In this document: piece after piece, positions 1-12,800 of the stretch
How the letters are laid out: each line of letters begins with the position of its first letter
Position numbering within the stretch: the stretch's first letter is position 1
Origin: Antedon mediterranea
Lineage: Eukaryota > Animalia > Echinodermata
Assembly: GCF_964355755.1 (NCBI RefSeq)
Contig: NC_092674.1
Location: forward strand, 15,314,001 to 15,378,000
Reading direction: 5' to 3'
Length of the DNA stretch: 64,000 nt
Position numbers and translations under genes: made by a program
Notes under the pieces: model-generated
Databases searched by the model: none
What the model was told of the DNA's origin: nothing
The model's input: the letters and a program-made list of their open reading frames with translations, nothing else

Positions 1-435
1 AATGATGTCCGATGGGAGCTTTTAGTATGTTCATATAGGGACCTTATAGAAATGCATTGTGGTGAAATAAATTCTGTTGCAATTTTTTCAACCATATTTC
101 ATAGTTTTCCTGTACTAATTGTTAGAAAAAAAATATGCCAAAGTAAAATAAACAAATATAATTGGTTTTAAGCAGTGTGAAAGTACCGGTATGTAAATAA
201 ATTGTATGTTGTTTTAAGATGGAAAAGATTTTTGTAAAACCGTTCGTTCATAATTTAATATATTTGAAGGTTGTCTAGGAACTTTTGTATGAAATGTCAT
301 CATGTTAAAAATGTACTTTTTCTGATGGTTTGTCCTAATCTAATTTAAATTTGTTACATCATGTTTTTTTTTAGTATTTTGTATATTTATATAAGGAATG
401 TTTGTAACAAAATAAATGTTGCTTTTACAGTACTG
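1..435 (+). other. Probable 3' UTR end of a convergent plus-strand gene
   Basis: T/TG-rich plus strand, TGTAAATA (Pumilio-type element) at 192-199, AATAAA at 411-416. Confidence 0.4.
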
Positions 436-1885
436 TTATTTTCAAACTGGAAAATGTGATTCCGCGTTAAATCTCACTCATTTATTACTGTATTCCACAA
501 TGTTTAATTTATCTTTAATTATAATAATCATCAACGAATAACTTCAATCTAATATGTAAATTCATTATTTAATTATTACAAACCATCGTTGCTTAGTACA
601 AATATGTCAGGATAATATTATTAACATCAAGAAATCATTAAGGAAAAGAGACACTATGTGAAGTCGGTAATAAATATGTATTTATAAATAAAGTGTTAAG
701 ACTAAACATTGACTGAATTGACAACATTGTTTTATGTCGTCATCATTTACTAGTATCGTTCATAGTGCAGATATAAACAGATCAACAGAACAAAATAAAT
801 ACACTATTTTAGCAATAAACACTATCTCATATAAACAAATCATTACAACTTTTTTTACTACAGAAAAAAAACTTAAATATTATAAGAAAGAAAAATTCAC
901 ATGGAATGGATTTCACATCACAACTGAGAATAAAATAAAACATTTACACAAGAAATATGTTGAGTAGATATGTAAATTTTGAATTACATCATTTAACATT
1001 AAAACTAAAATATTTGTGATTGCCTGTAAAACAAGTGAGTCCCCTATAGACTCCACATGAATATAAAAAAACCACAACACATTTCTCTTTTATTTTGTAC
1101 TTTTTTTTTACAAATGTATAAAGAAATCAGACAACTATCTGGTAAACACAATGATCTATGCTTGGTCACTAACGATATGGTACATACACTAATGACGGAC
1201 CTTACTGTATATGGCGTTTACCTATCTATACAAAAAACGCTAGCATAGAAACTATTCGCTGTGTTTATTAGTACTTTTAGATATCACCTCAATAATATTG
1301 ACTAGAAGACGTCTCTTTCAATTCTTCTGTCAACAACAAATCAATAAATGCAAAACCAAAAATTATTCTAAAATGAATAATGGGTTTCAATCTTTTTTCC
1401 AATACATTTTTAATATAATAAACATGCTCTCATTTGACTGATATTTTTGAAGACTTAAGGAGCAAAATTACAACTGTACACATGTAATGTACTTGAATGC
1501 ATTATAATGAGGAAAAAAAAACCAAAACACTTAGTCCAAAGTAAATAAGAATAATCATGAAAACGCTTTTTAAAGCATGCCACACAAGCCTTCATTGACA
1601 TGCTTTACAATCTTTCATAAAAATAAACTAGCGTGGTGGTAAAATTAGGTTGTACATCAGGTTTTACATCCCTATTAAGCAATTATACATTATATCTAAT
1701 AATCCACTGTCTTATAGACTAACTGTAAATTAGGTTCATTTGCTTTGTTTGTCTGAGACAAATGTAAAAGGAAATGTTTTATTTTTTGCACTTTTCTGCA
1801 TCAATCACAACTGAGCCACAAATTTATCTTACATTATTACTATAATAAATTCTAAAAATAAACAATGAAAACAAGAAGAATAGGT

Positions 1886-1961
1886 CACATTGTTACTAAC
1901 AATGTACATGATATGCAACAACACACATTGTTACTAACAATGTACATGATATGCAACAACA
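1886..1961. repeat. 38-bp tandem duplication
   Basis: cacattgttactaacaatgtacatgatatgcaacaaca x2. Confidence 0.9.
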
Positions 1962-2044
1962 ACCTTTACATATTTATATAGATGAAAACCTTGCAGCATT
2001 ATGTATTACAAACACAAGAACCTGGTTTGCATAGTTGAACATAA

Positions 2045-2140
2045 ACATTATTCACACATTACTACTCCAGCAATCAACCAGGTTGAATATCCACATTATT
2101 CACACATTACTACTCCAGCAATCAACCAGGTTGAATATCC
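2045..2140. repeat. 48-bp tandem duplication
   Basis: acattattcacacattactactccagcaatcaaccaggttgaatatcc x2. Confidence 0.9.
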
Positions 2141-2634
2141 ACATTCCGTTCATGTGAACACTATGCTAACCCAGATGGTAACCACATACATACGAAATAA
2201 GTCTTCACCAATTGTAAATGTATAATTGCATTCTTTCAAATAAAATAATCATTATATATGCGATATTTACGTAAGACCATGAGATGTGTACTGTAAACCA
2301 TCTATCAATCAATTGACACACAACCCATGTCCTTATTAGAGCTTATTTAGATTTACGTCAAATATAAACAAGAAATCAAATATAAATTTGAAATGTATAA
2401 GAAATGTACAATGATAAAATCTGACCTCTAGCTAATGGTAGAGAAATCACAAGAAAAATTAAGTTAAAAAAACAATTTAGTTTTTAATGGTTACTGTTAA
2501 AAAAAATCAAACAAGGATCGGTGAAAATCTATGTAATTTTCACATCAGAAGAACAGTTAAGCCACTAACTATATTTGATAAACATTAATTTCCATATTCA
2601 TTTTGTCGATGCACCCGTAAAGAAACCATTGCTA

Positions 2635-2684
2635 ACCCGTAGGTCAAATTGACCCGTAGGTCAAATTGACCCGTAGGTCAAATT
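2635..2684. repeat. 17-bp tandem repeat x3
   Basis: acccgtaggtcaaattg x3. Confidence 0.9.
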
Positions 2685-3242
2685 TGTTAAATTAAAGAAA
2701 AGGAATAAAAAAACCCTTGAATCTATCCAATTATTTAGAGGAAAAAAATCTGTACATTTTGATAAATTTTAATTTTGATTCAACCTTCCAATCTTAATAA
2801 CAAAACTAACATAAACCTTCTAAAATATTCATTAGATTAATATATTTACAGGTGTATGTGAATGACATTAATAATTTGGCATTTAGACATTTTGCTGTTT
2901 CAGCAAATAGCACAAAAGAAATGTTCCTCTAAAACCTGCAAATTAGATCAATCATCTGGAACTTTTGGTCATTAACAAGCTAGTAGGATATATGCATCAA
3001 TGTATTTGATTCAGTACCTAGTAAATAAACGCTGCTAATGTCTTTGGGCATGTTCAGATCAATAGAGGTATGTTTTCATATCATAAAGTAAGGTCACACT
3101 GTTTGCAAATTAATTTTTTGGAGGTCAAAGTCATGTCATGTCTAATCTTTTCCTATTTCAGACTTAAGGATTTGTACACTGCATATGATACAAAACTATA
3201 CTATTCGGTAGGTCTGAACAGGCCCTTGGATGAATCGGCCTA

Positions 3243-3600
3243 TGTGCCATTTCATTGATATGGAAGTATTCTTTTGGTTATGTCTAAAATATATTTATCA
3301 ATACCAATATATTAAGACAATTTAGCTTGAGTCCTGGCCAGAGACTGTTTTTAGAATCATTGTCCATTAATATGAATAACCACATTGTCTTGTATTTAAC
3401 CATTAGCAGATATGCAAGATCTGTGCCATTTCATTCTGATATGAAAGTATTCTTTTGATTATGTCTAGCATATATTTATTAATACCAATATATTAAGACA
3501 ATTTAGCTTGAGTCCTGGCCAGAGACTGTTTTAGTATCACTGTCCATTAATATAAATAACAACATTGTCTTTTATTTAACCATTAGCAGATATGCAAGAT
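3243..3600. repeat. ~179-bp diverged tandem duplication
   Basis: tgtgccatttcatt..gagtcctggccagagactg..gcagatatgcaagat at 3243-3421 and 3422-3600. Confidence 0.9.
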
Positions 3601-3818
3601 GTGTGTTAACTCTTACCAGGTAGGAACACTAGTCAATGCAGGCTATTATCTATTATGTCTTGCAAAATTCAAGGCACATGGTTGAGTAGCTCAATACTTC
3701 TTGCTTGTCTTCTTGTAGGTAATTGGTTTGATAGGGTTTCAGGTAGGTAAATGTTTTACATGTTATACATGATACAAGCTGGTTAGCTTACAGATTCTTC
3801 CATTTCTCTTACAGTTGG

Positions 3819-3842
3819 TCATGATTTGTGTTTAATCATGGG
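3819..3842 (-). CDS. KDM6A: Probable terminal coding exon of KDM6A (PMIKHKS*)
   Basis: Strong acceptor gttctgtttttgtttgcag|CCC ATG ATT AAA CAC AAA TCA TGA in phase 0, followed by UTR-like sequence; no homology support for these 7 residues. Confidence 0.65.
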   Translation of the reverse strand, partial: PMIKHKS

Positions 3843-6800
3843 CTGCAAACAAAAACAGAACCTAACATTAAACACATATTTTGGCAGTTTATATTGCATC
3901 AATACATACATTTAATACCACTTTGAAATTGATAAAATAAACTTTAGTTAGTGAAAATCCCCCACTTCATCATCTGTTTGCCTTCTCTTGACATAACAAT
4001 TATGTGTTACCACATCCTCCATGGAGCATCGCCCCCTCAAATAAATATCCAGGGCGTTTATTTTTTTCCTCCCCCACATACATATACACACAATATCGTA
4101 TTACATAACACATAACACACTTTTATTTGTAGTAGAATTTATTTTATCTACAATTTATCAAGAATGTTGATACAATTCTTACTGTATTTTATCACTTATT
4201 ATTGTACTGATACTTATATACATACACATACTTTAAATCAATGATCCGAGTAAAAAGATTTTGTCTTGTATAAAAAATGTCTAATATAATGGTTTAAGAA
4301 TGTTGTTGCAAAGGCCTCGACATTGCAGTGCCAGCCTCATGTTTACGGAATGTAGAATTCCCTCTTTTTATGAATTGTTAAGAATATCAATATATGGCCT
4401 GATGTGTAGACTTAATGCAAGCAAAAATATTTTAATCTCAACGATTATAAGCAATGTCTTAGTTAAGTCGAAGATGCTCTCCAGATGGAATGCCCATCCT
4501 GAGATGAGTAGTAGTAATTTTGTTTATTTTATTTATTTCATTTATATGTAATTTACTTTATATGGACCAGAGTTTCCGAAATAATTGAATGAATGAATGA
4601 ATGACATAATGTAGAATTGTGGCAAGGGATATGAATGGAATAGAATACATAATTGTCACATACAATTTGACAAATGAAGATGAATAAAATCAGACTTTCA
4701 ATAAGCCATTTCACATACATAAATGATGTTTTCAATAGGCCATTTCCCATACATAAATGATGTTTTCAATAGGCCATTTCACATACATAAATGATGTTTT
4801 CAATAGGCCCTTTCACATACATAAATGATGTTTTCAATAGGCCATTTCACATACATAAATGATGTTTTCACTTATAAAAAGACAAAATAAACAGCTAAAT
4901 TCCATCAAAAAACCAGTTTAAATTAAACTATAAAATAAGTATCGAAGATGTAAACGAACCTGTTGGAGTGTAAATCCATCATAGACCAGCATGAGATCTT
5001 CCATGGTGTATTGCTTAAGGATAACAAATCCCTCTAGATTACGGTGTGCACGTCTTGCACAATCCTCACAGTTTACTTCATATTTCTTGTCCCTTTCAGT
5101 TGTAAATAAAATGTTGAATACTTCCTCCTATAACAATAAAAATAAATATGTTAAAAAAACAAATTTTACTCATAAACATTAATTTTTCGTATAATAAAAC
5201 TTATGTGAAGTGAACAACTTTATTAATACTGTACTGCAAAATGGTGTATTTAAAGTCTGATTTGATTAATCTTCATTTTTCATGTTTTTTTTTTCCTTTA
5301 AATGTGACCCGATCTGGCAAATTTTCATTTTGTATTTTTTTTAATATTTGGATTATTTGAATCATAAGCTTTGCAATGTTGTTTATTTCGTAAAAATTGA
5401 GTAAATATTTTAAAAATTATTAAATGTTATAAACTTACAAATTATTCAATTAGTTTACTAGAAAATCGCGTTTGAAACCCCATAGCAACATGGTATTTTG
5501 GTCTAAAAGGCACCATGACGTGTGTGCGATATTTAGCAGCGTGAACATGATGGTCAGTTTGACTAATTTCAAATGCCGTTTTAAGCTATTTAGTCACTTG
5601 AAATAACTATTTTGCACTATTGAAAAGCGGCATTATAACGTCAAGCTTATTTTAACTGGTTTTGGAAGTTTTTACAATATCAACAGCGAAGAACCAAGCC
5701 GGCCTAACGTGGAAGACTCGCTGTGATGTTTGGGCTTGTATCCAATGTAATATGAAAGGACCAGACAATAAATGAAATAAATAATTAAGAGCCGATTGGA
5801 TATATAAAATGTATAAACAAAACTATTGACAATAGGCTAGCCCTACATTCATAATATAAATAGATAATAACAGCCCAAAATATACAATACAATACTGACA
5901 TGAATTGTTTTTGACATGTCTATTTTACTACAGAATAAAGCAATACACTATAGCTATTCCAGAACACATTACTTTTATTGAATATTAGAATCATTTTTTT
6001 TATTCCAATTACAATGCTGTGTGTAAATGAAAATAACCTCACAAAAATGTAAAACAACTTGTTTATTTCTGCGCGTAGAGCATGTAACATCTAGCGCATT
6101 GACCAATAATGTTTGTTATTGCAATGATGCGCCATACCAACACACACAGTTTGCTGTTCAAGAAACTTCAAAGAGAATTCAGAATTTTCTGAAATTATGT
6201 CATAGTAAATCAAAGTTTTCATTGGTTCCTTCTTTAAACTCCGCCCTAAACTTCCATATTTGGAATTTCAAATAGATGAGCTTTATTTTGATGTGTGAAC
6301 TTTCAATATTGTGCAGCGAATTGGCGATCAAAATGTCATAAAACTCAACCACTTTCAACAGAATTTACGCAATTTAATTTTAGCGGAATTAATTTGTTAG
6401 CCTTGAGGAAAGTATATGTTTTTAAAACTCTCTTTTTTCATATTTTTAATTAAATTTTGGGAGTTTAAATCAGTTAGACGTATCTTAAATATTGAAATAT
6501 TTTGAAAATGCAAAAACATGTAATCTGCCAGGGTAGTCGATTTGGATGTATTTTGGCTGATTACATGAAATCCCGACAAAGAGAGGGTTTTGCCAGATAA
6601 GGTCACAAATAATATATATCTTTTTTCTGTGCGCAATATTCTAATGTATTATGTGCACGTGGTTGGTCGTGCGGATCAAGTGACAAGTTCAAATCTAGTT
6701 ATGAATATATTTATATCTTATTTTTGTTTTGGACCACATTTTCTTCTTATCGGAATTCTGAATCCTTGTATTGTATTTTTGCTACACATCAAGTAAATAT

Positions 6801-9800
6801 ATTTACCAGGGATGTCACCAGCTTACCACCAGCGTAACCCCGAGGGTTTGTCGTTATTTCAGCGAAAGATAAAGAATTATGAAAATAAATAACAACAAAT
6901 TGCCTCAGGTCTAGGCCTAACCTTGTACCACCGGGGAGTCGCCATTATTATTCGCGAAAACAAAAAAACGCTCACGAAATGAATAGCAATAGATCGCGTC
7001 AGGCTTAGGCCTAGCGTTGTAGACACTACGACCACTAGGCCTAGCCAAGGCTTAGATAGATGCCCCAAAACCCAAAATCTGAATTCCAAAAAAACGGGCG
7101 CTTCTTTATTTAGGCCTAATCCCTAATCAAATAATGTAGATAAATTATTAGCCTAGACCTTACTACTTGTTGCTCGATATAATGTTCGTGTTCTTTTGCG
7201 CGAGAGTTTTTTAGCGTATTCGCAAATTCCGGATTTTTTGTTTCACAACTGTGCGGCAAGCATGTAGTGCATGGCCGGCAAGAACAGAGACACGTGTTTA
7301 TGGGTTAACTGAAGTTCAGCGACCTGAAGTTATCCCAGGGACGTGTAATTATTGTACCATGCTCGGCGATCAGTTCGTAGAGTACAAAAATGTAAAACTA
7401 GTAACATAATATAATTAAAGCAGGGTGACAAAACATTCAGCAATTAAAAATGATTTTGTTTGGGTCTATGTAGTTATACATTTTTAATTACTGCGTACTT
7501 GTTTGTATTTTTAATCTGTGCAAAATAAAACGCTTGAATGGTCGCTATGTGAACTTTAAACTTGTACACTGTGCTGTGTAGCACGTTGTTCGCCATGACT
7601 CACAAGCTGTAACAATGAATACCAGGGCAGGGTAGGCCTGGTATTGTGTTACAAATAAAGTAACGTACGTAACCACGGAAACATTTGCTGTAGTCTTTTG
7701 TCTTATCTATATGAGGCTAGCTTGTCTGTTATTAACGATGTGCTAGGTAAAATGTTTTAGTACGAATTTTAGTTAGGCCTAGGCCTAATATAAATATCGT
7801 AATGATTAATAAATAATAGTGGTGGTCGGCAGCCTGTAAATCCTGGTCGGAAATGTTGAGTGCTGGTCGGGGCCGACCAGCGTGGTGACATCCCCGTTTA
7901 CTGTATAATGTGAGCATGAACTTGTATTTAAATACAATTGACAATAGGTTTACCTCGCAATTAACACAATAATGTGCTGCTTCGTTCTTTGAGCGTCCAT
8001 GCCAATGTACTTTGATACCTTCATCTTTTAGGTTGTCAAGCAATAGCTGACATTTTCTTAAAGATCTCATCAGAACATCACTGCAAATAAACACAAATAA
8101 TCATTCAAATTAACTAATTTAAATTTTTCTCATTTTCTCAAATACAACCTCTCTATTTACACGCTTTATTCATGTTTGTATTTGCCAAATCAAACACAGG
8201 GTCAATCAGTGAAGGCACATTCCAGATATTAAGAATCTAAATGTTTAGGAACATGAAAGTAATACTTACTTGACCATCTCAAAATATTCAGGATCAGACA
8301 CTTTTACATTTCTTGCCATGTTCCAGGAAAGGTGCATGAGTGGTACAATTGATTTGTAGTTTTGAAGTTTATTCCACTCGTAGCGTTCCATAGCAAGCTT
8401 AAACTGATAGGCCTTCAACGGGCCTACATTCCATGCTATGTTATTGCACCAACCCTGAAAGAAGAAAAAAATCACTCTTATTATGTGAAGTCTAAATTAC
8501 ACAACAAATGCAATTTATATTATAGTTATTTAACTTGAATAGCTATCAAGCTAAGTTTTACATTACCAATGTTATATTAATTTCAAGTAATTTTGAATTG
8601 ATTTTAGGACAGAATAGACACCTACCTTGCTACCTACACAACATAGAATCTACAGGACACAAAATGTAAAAACTTTACTCCAACTATATCAATGGTTTAA
8701 TACATATACAATTCATGATGCTATATTGATTGAATGTCAAAAAGACAAGACATTATAACCTACCACAGCTTGAACCCAGTGAACAGCTCCAGCATTCACC
8801 CAGACCAAGTCACCAGGCCGCTGCACAAACCTATACACAGGTACATTTTCCTCATACAGATCTTCCAGTACTGGCCACCATGAACCAGTTAAAAAGTTAA
8901 TGCCATTTCTAAAATAAAACAACATATCTTTAATGTCTACAATAAAATAAATGTATAATGCACTATACTACTTTTTCTCATTTTAATAATACCCAAGTAT
9001 ATGCTTGTAATTACAATTTTTGATTGATGTTTTGATCAGTTTTGTATTTTTTCATGTCAGTTTCAAATGTATTTTCATTTTACTTATTATAGACAAAACA
9101 GTATCAGTAGTAACAGTATACAAATAATGAATGTTTATGAGTGTAATGGTACAAATAATGGCATCAGGTGAATGATGAAAGGTTATATTTAAACAAGACG
9201 AAGCCGAGTTGAAATATAATGTCATTATTTGTACCATTACACGAATATAATACATTCATTATTTGTTTTATATAACATCTAAATATATTCCTGTCATTTG
9301 AATCAGATTGAATAAAAGGTAGGCCTACATTTCATTCGATTTACATTGAAATTTTTTTTCGAAATTCGAAAACATATTTACATTGCAAAACAAAACAATA
9401 TATATTTGGTTTTTATAGTAAATGTTATATTTATTTTGATTTTATAATCCTACTGTAGTAGTTAATTATGTCAACAAACTCCCAAACAATCCAAGGCCTA
9501 GCTAGGCTATAAAGGGCCTAGCCCTAGAGAGCTAGGCTAGAAAAAAGCAGCGATACCATTACAAAACTTTGCCAGGCCATTGAAACTGATCTAGGCTATT
9601 GTACAATTGTTCCAATAAATTATTCAAAATCATACATATGATCTAAAGCTAAGTTAAATTTAAAAATCACAAAACAAGAGTTTAATGTGTCAATATTTGT
9701 TATTGTTAACAAAATAGGCGGAGCTGTTAGATTTTACGTTTAGAGAATCACAGTAATGGTCGTAAATTTGTTTTTCATACATGAAAACATTTTTTTTTTC

Positions 9801-12800
9801 GTATGCTAAAAATAAAGACAGAAAGTACTATTGAAAGACTGTTCAATAGTGCATACTATTGCACGCCATCAAATGACTGGAATTTATTTAGGTGTTATAT
9901 AATAATCAATATTGCTCACAAACAAAGTAAAATTTATTTTTTACTTTATTATTTACAATGCCCATCATATCTAATTAGAATACAAAAAATAAATTCTAAT
10001 ATACACACAAATCATCTAGGTAATCTCACAGATCCAACTGCTAGATCTGTCAGGCATATGTTCTATTCCTCTTATCTTTTAGTAGAGAGGCCAAATACAC
10101 AAAGGTCCTCTATAAAAAGTTTGGGGGGCATTTTTTGTTAATAGCAGGCAACCATGTTGAATGTATCCTTTGTGGGGTGACAAAAACGATAGGGGTGGAT
10201 GCCATCTTCAGTTTTGGGTTTTAACACGTTCACTGCCACGGCGTATTTATACGTCAAAAATTGCGTGTCGCTACTTGCCAAGACGTAATACTACGTCAAA
10301 ATCGTAGCACTTTTGTATTGTATGTAGAATCGCTGGCAGTGGTGATTGGAACAGGAATTATCGCATGGCAGTTTATGAATGATGTACGTAAACGATAATC
10401 TAAAAATAAATGTCATATGTATGTTTGTGTTTATTCCCTCATGCATTGAATATGGCGCCCTCACACTCAATATAATCATCTCAAACGGGACTTGGCACTG
10501 GGACAGAAATTACGGAAAATGCCTTGGCAGTCAATGTGTTAAGGTCAGTTTATGTGGTCAAGAGGTCAAACAAGGTCAAAATATAGGATTTTTTTTTATT
10601 CACGGAAAATCATCTACATCATCAGATCTATCCACAAAGGTATATCTGAAGATCAACTGATGCTTCATATTATAGTAATTATGAGATAAACATTTAATTT
10701 TACACATAAAAACATAGGAAATTAAATATAAAAGTGTCATTTTCTCAAAATGTTGTTTTCACATATTTCTGTAAAGTACACACAGTTTTTTAATAGGCTT
10801 TTCCCAGTCTGTTGTAAATTTGTCTTTTTCATGTTGTCCACCAGTCATCGTTTTGATTTTTGTCGGAAAAAATAGGTCAAGTGTTATATGTATGAAACGC
10901 CATATGTGCCAAAAGATTGGTCTTTTACTATAATATTAATATTACCTATAATAATGTAATACAGTAATATTTAGAAATTTGTTTTTAGAAAAATTATTAA
11001 TATTACCTATAATAATGTAATAATACTTAGAAATTTGTTTTTAGAAAAATTTCGAAAACAGAGACCCCCTATATGACCTAATGTCGAGATGTTTTTGTTT
11101 GGGTCAGAGACCCCCTATAATGTAATTATTTATACATTTTTTTAATTATTTCAATGATACAAGTTTTTATTGAAGCTTGTTGTTTCAAGAAATCTCGAAA
11201 GAGAAACCTGGGTATCGAGTCTTTGTTTTCAAAAACCCTAACTATTGGACTTTATCAAGGTTGGAAGGAGTGGTAATTGGGGACTTCTTCTTGAGGCCTT
11301 CGCATCTATGCTATCATGGCTGACGATGATAACAAATATAAAACTCCTTAAGTAATTAAGAAGTCCTTTATACACATGGATAAAGACGGTTTTATTTTCA
11401 TTACGTTACGTACTGTGTCCAGGTATGAAATCCATTTCTCCAAAAAGACATAAACGCACTTGAAGAGGACAACGTCATGCGACAAATCAAATTGCAGCTA
11501 TCAATTCTTATTCATATGAAGATCGTTTAAAGTTTCTTGGCCTAACAACCCTGTATGACAGACGATTTCATGGTGACTTGATTGACAATTTTCAAAAGAT
11601 TTCGAGGGTGTAGCCAAGGAAGACTTCCTTCAAATGAGATGCAATCTAAGCAGAAATACACGAGGACATCAGCTTAGACTTTTTAAACCTAAATTTCACA
11701 AAGGACTGATAGGAGATCCACTTTTTCACAATTAGTAATTATATATTTTAATAGTTTGCCAACCAAAATCGTCATTTCTGAAACCACCAACACATTTAAA
11801 AACCGATTGGATTCGTTGTAGAAATGAGGTTAAAAGGGTAAACAAATTTACCTATCTAAACTATCAGAACCAATATTCTAAACACTGAGTGGATGATTGA
11901 TCAATTCAAAATAGAATCATTGGTATAACAAGAAACGCTGTAATTGATTGATAGATTCTGCATGACATTGTCAGACTGATCACGAATCACACATAATACA
12001 CAATATTCTTTCGAACTGACAGATGATAAGGAAGATCTTATATTTAAAATAACAACTTATTGAAAGAAAAAAAACAGTAGAACTTAGAACTTCATGAGCT
12101 ACTGAGAAAGCATCGCTCTAAACCTTTGCGGATTTCTATAAGGCAACTGTTTCGATAAAGTATATAAAAACTGAAAGAAAATCTGCTGATCAACCATTGG
12201 AGTATGATCATAACCCAATTTTAATATCTTTAACCAAATATGACTTCACATATCTTGATGGATGGCGTTGAAATACCCACAGATGTTCCAGAAGAAAACT
12301 TACAGTAAAAACATGATGGTCATGCACTATAGGATGCAGTAAACATGGCTGTAAACATTTGGTGACTATGCAAGTATTTATGCAAGTTACCTAGATATTT
12401 CGTCATTTTGTTGTATTTGATCATTACATTGGAAAGGGGTGGATAAAAGCAGTGACACGATTGAAAGGATAGTCCCAATGTACTAATCTGTACTTTCGTA
12501 TGTGTTTTGGGCCACACTCATCGGTTTGGAGGAGAACAAATATCACAAAGTTTTTAGACATTCTTTATGTCAATAACAAAGAGCTTGCAATTATACATGA
12601 AAGTTGATGTTAATTAATGATATGCACTTTGTAACAGTAGCCTTCAAAAGTATGGACGATGTCTGGTATAGTGAACAATAAAGTGGTTGAAAACCTATTA
12701 AGAATAATCTAACCAGCTTCCATGCCATTACAGGTTGCAGCACGTCATTATTTGCTGGTTATGGGAAGAGGTCATACTGGAAATCATTTGTAACGCATCC

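Larger units (their letters stand above)
460..3818 (-). other. Probable long (~3.3 kb) 3' UTR of KDM6A
   Basis: Minus strand is U/UG-rich and free of recognisable transposons; minus-strand AATAAA at 481-486, where the strand bias flips. Confidence 0.5.
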
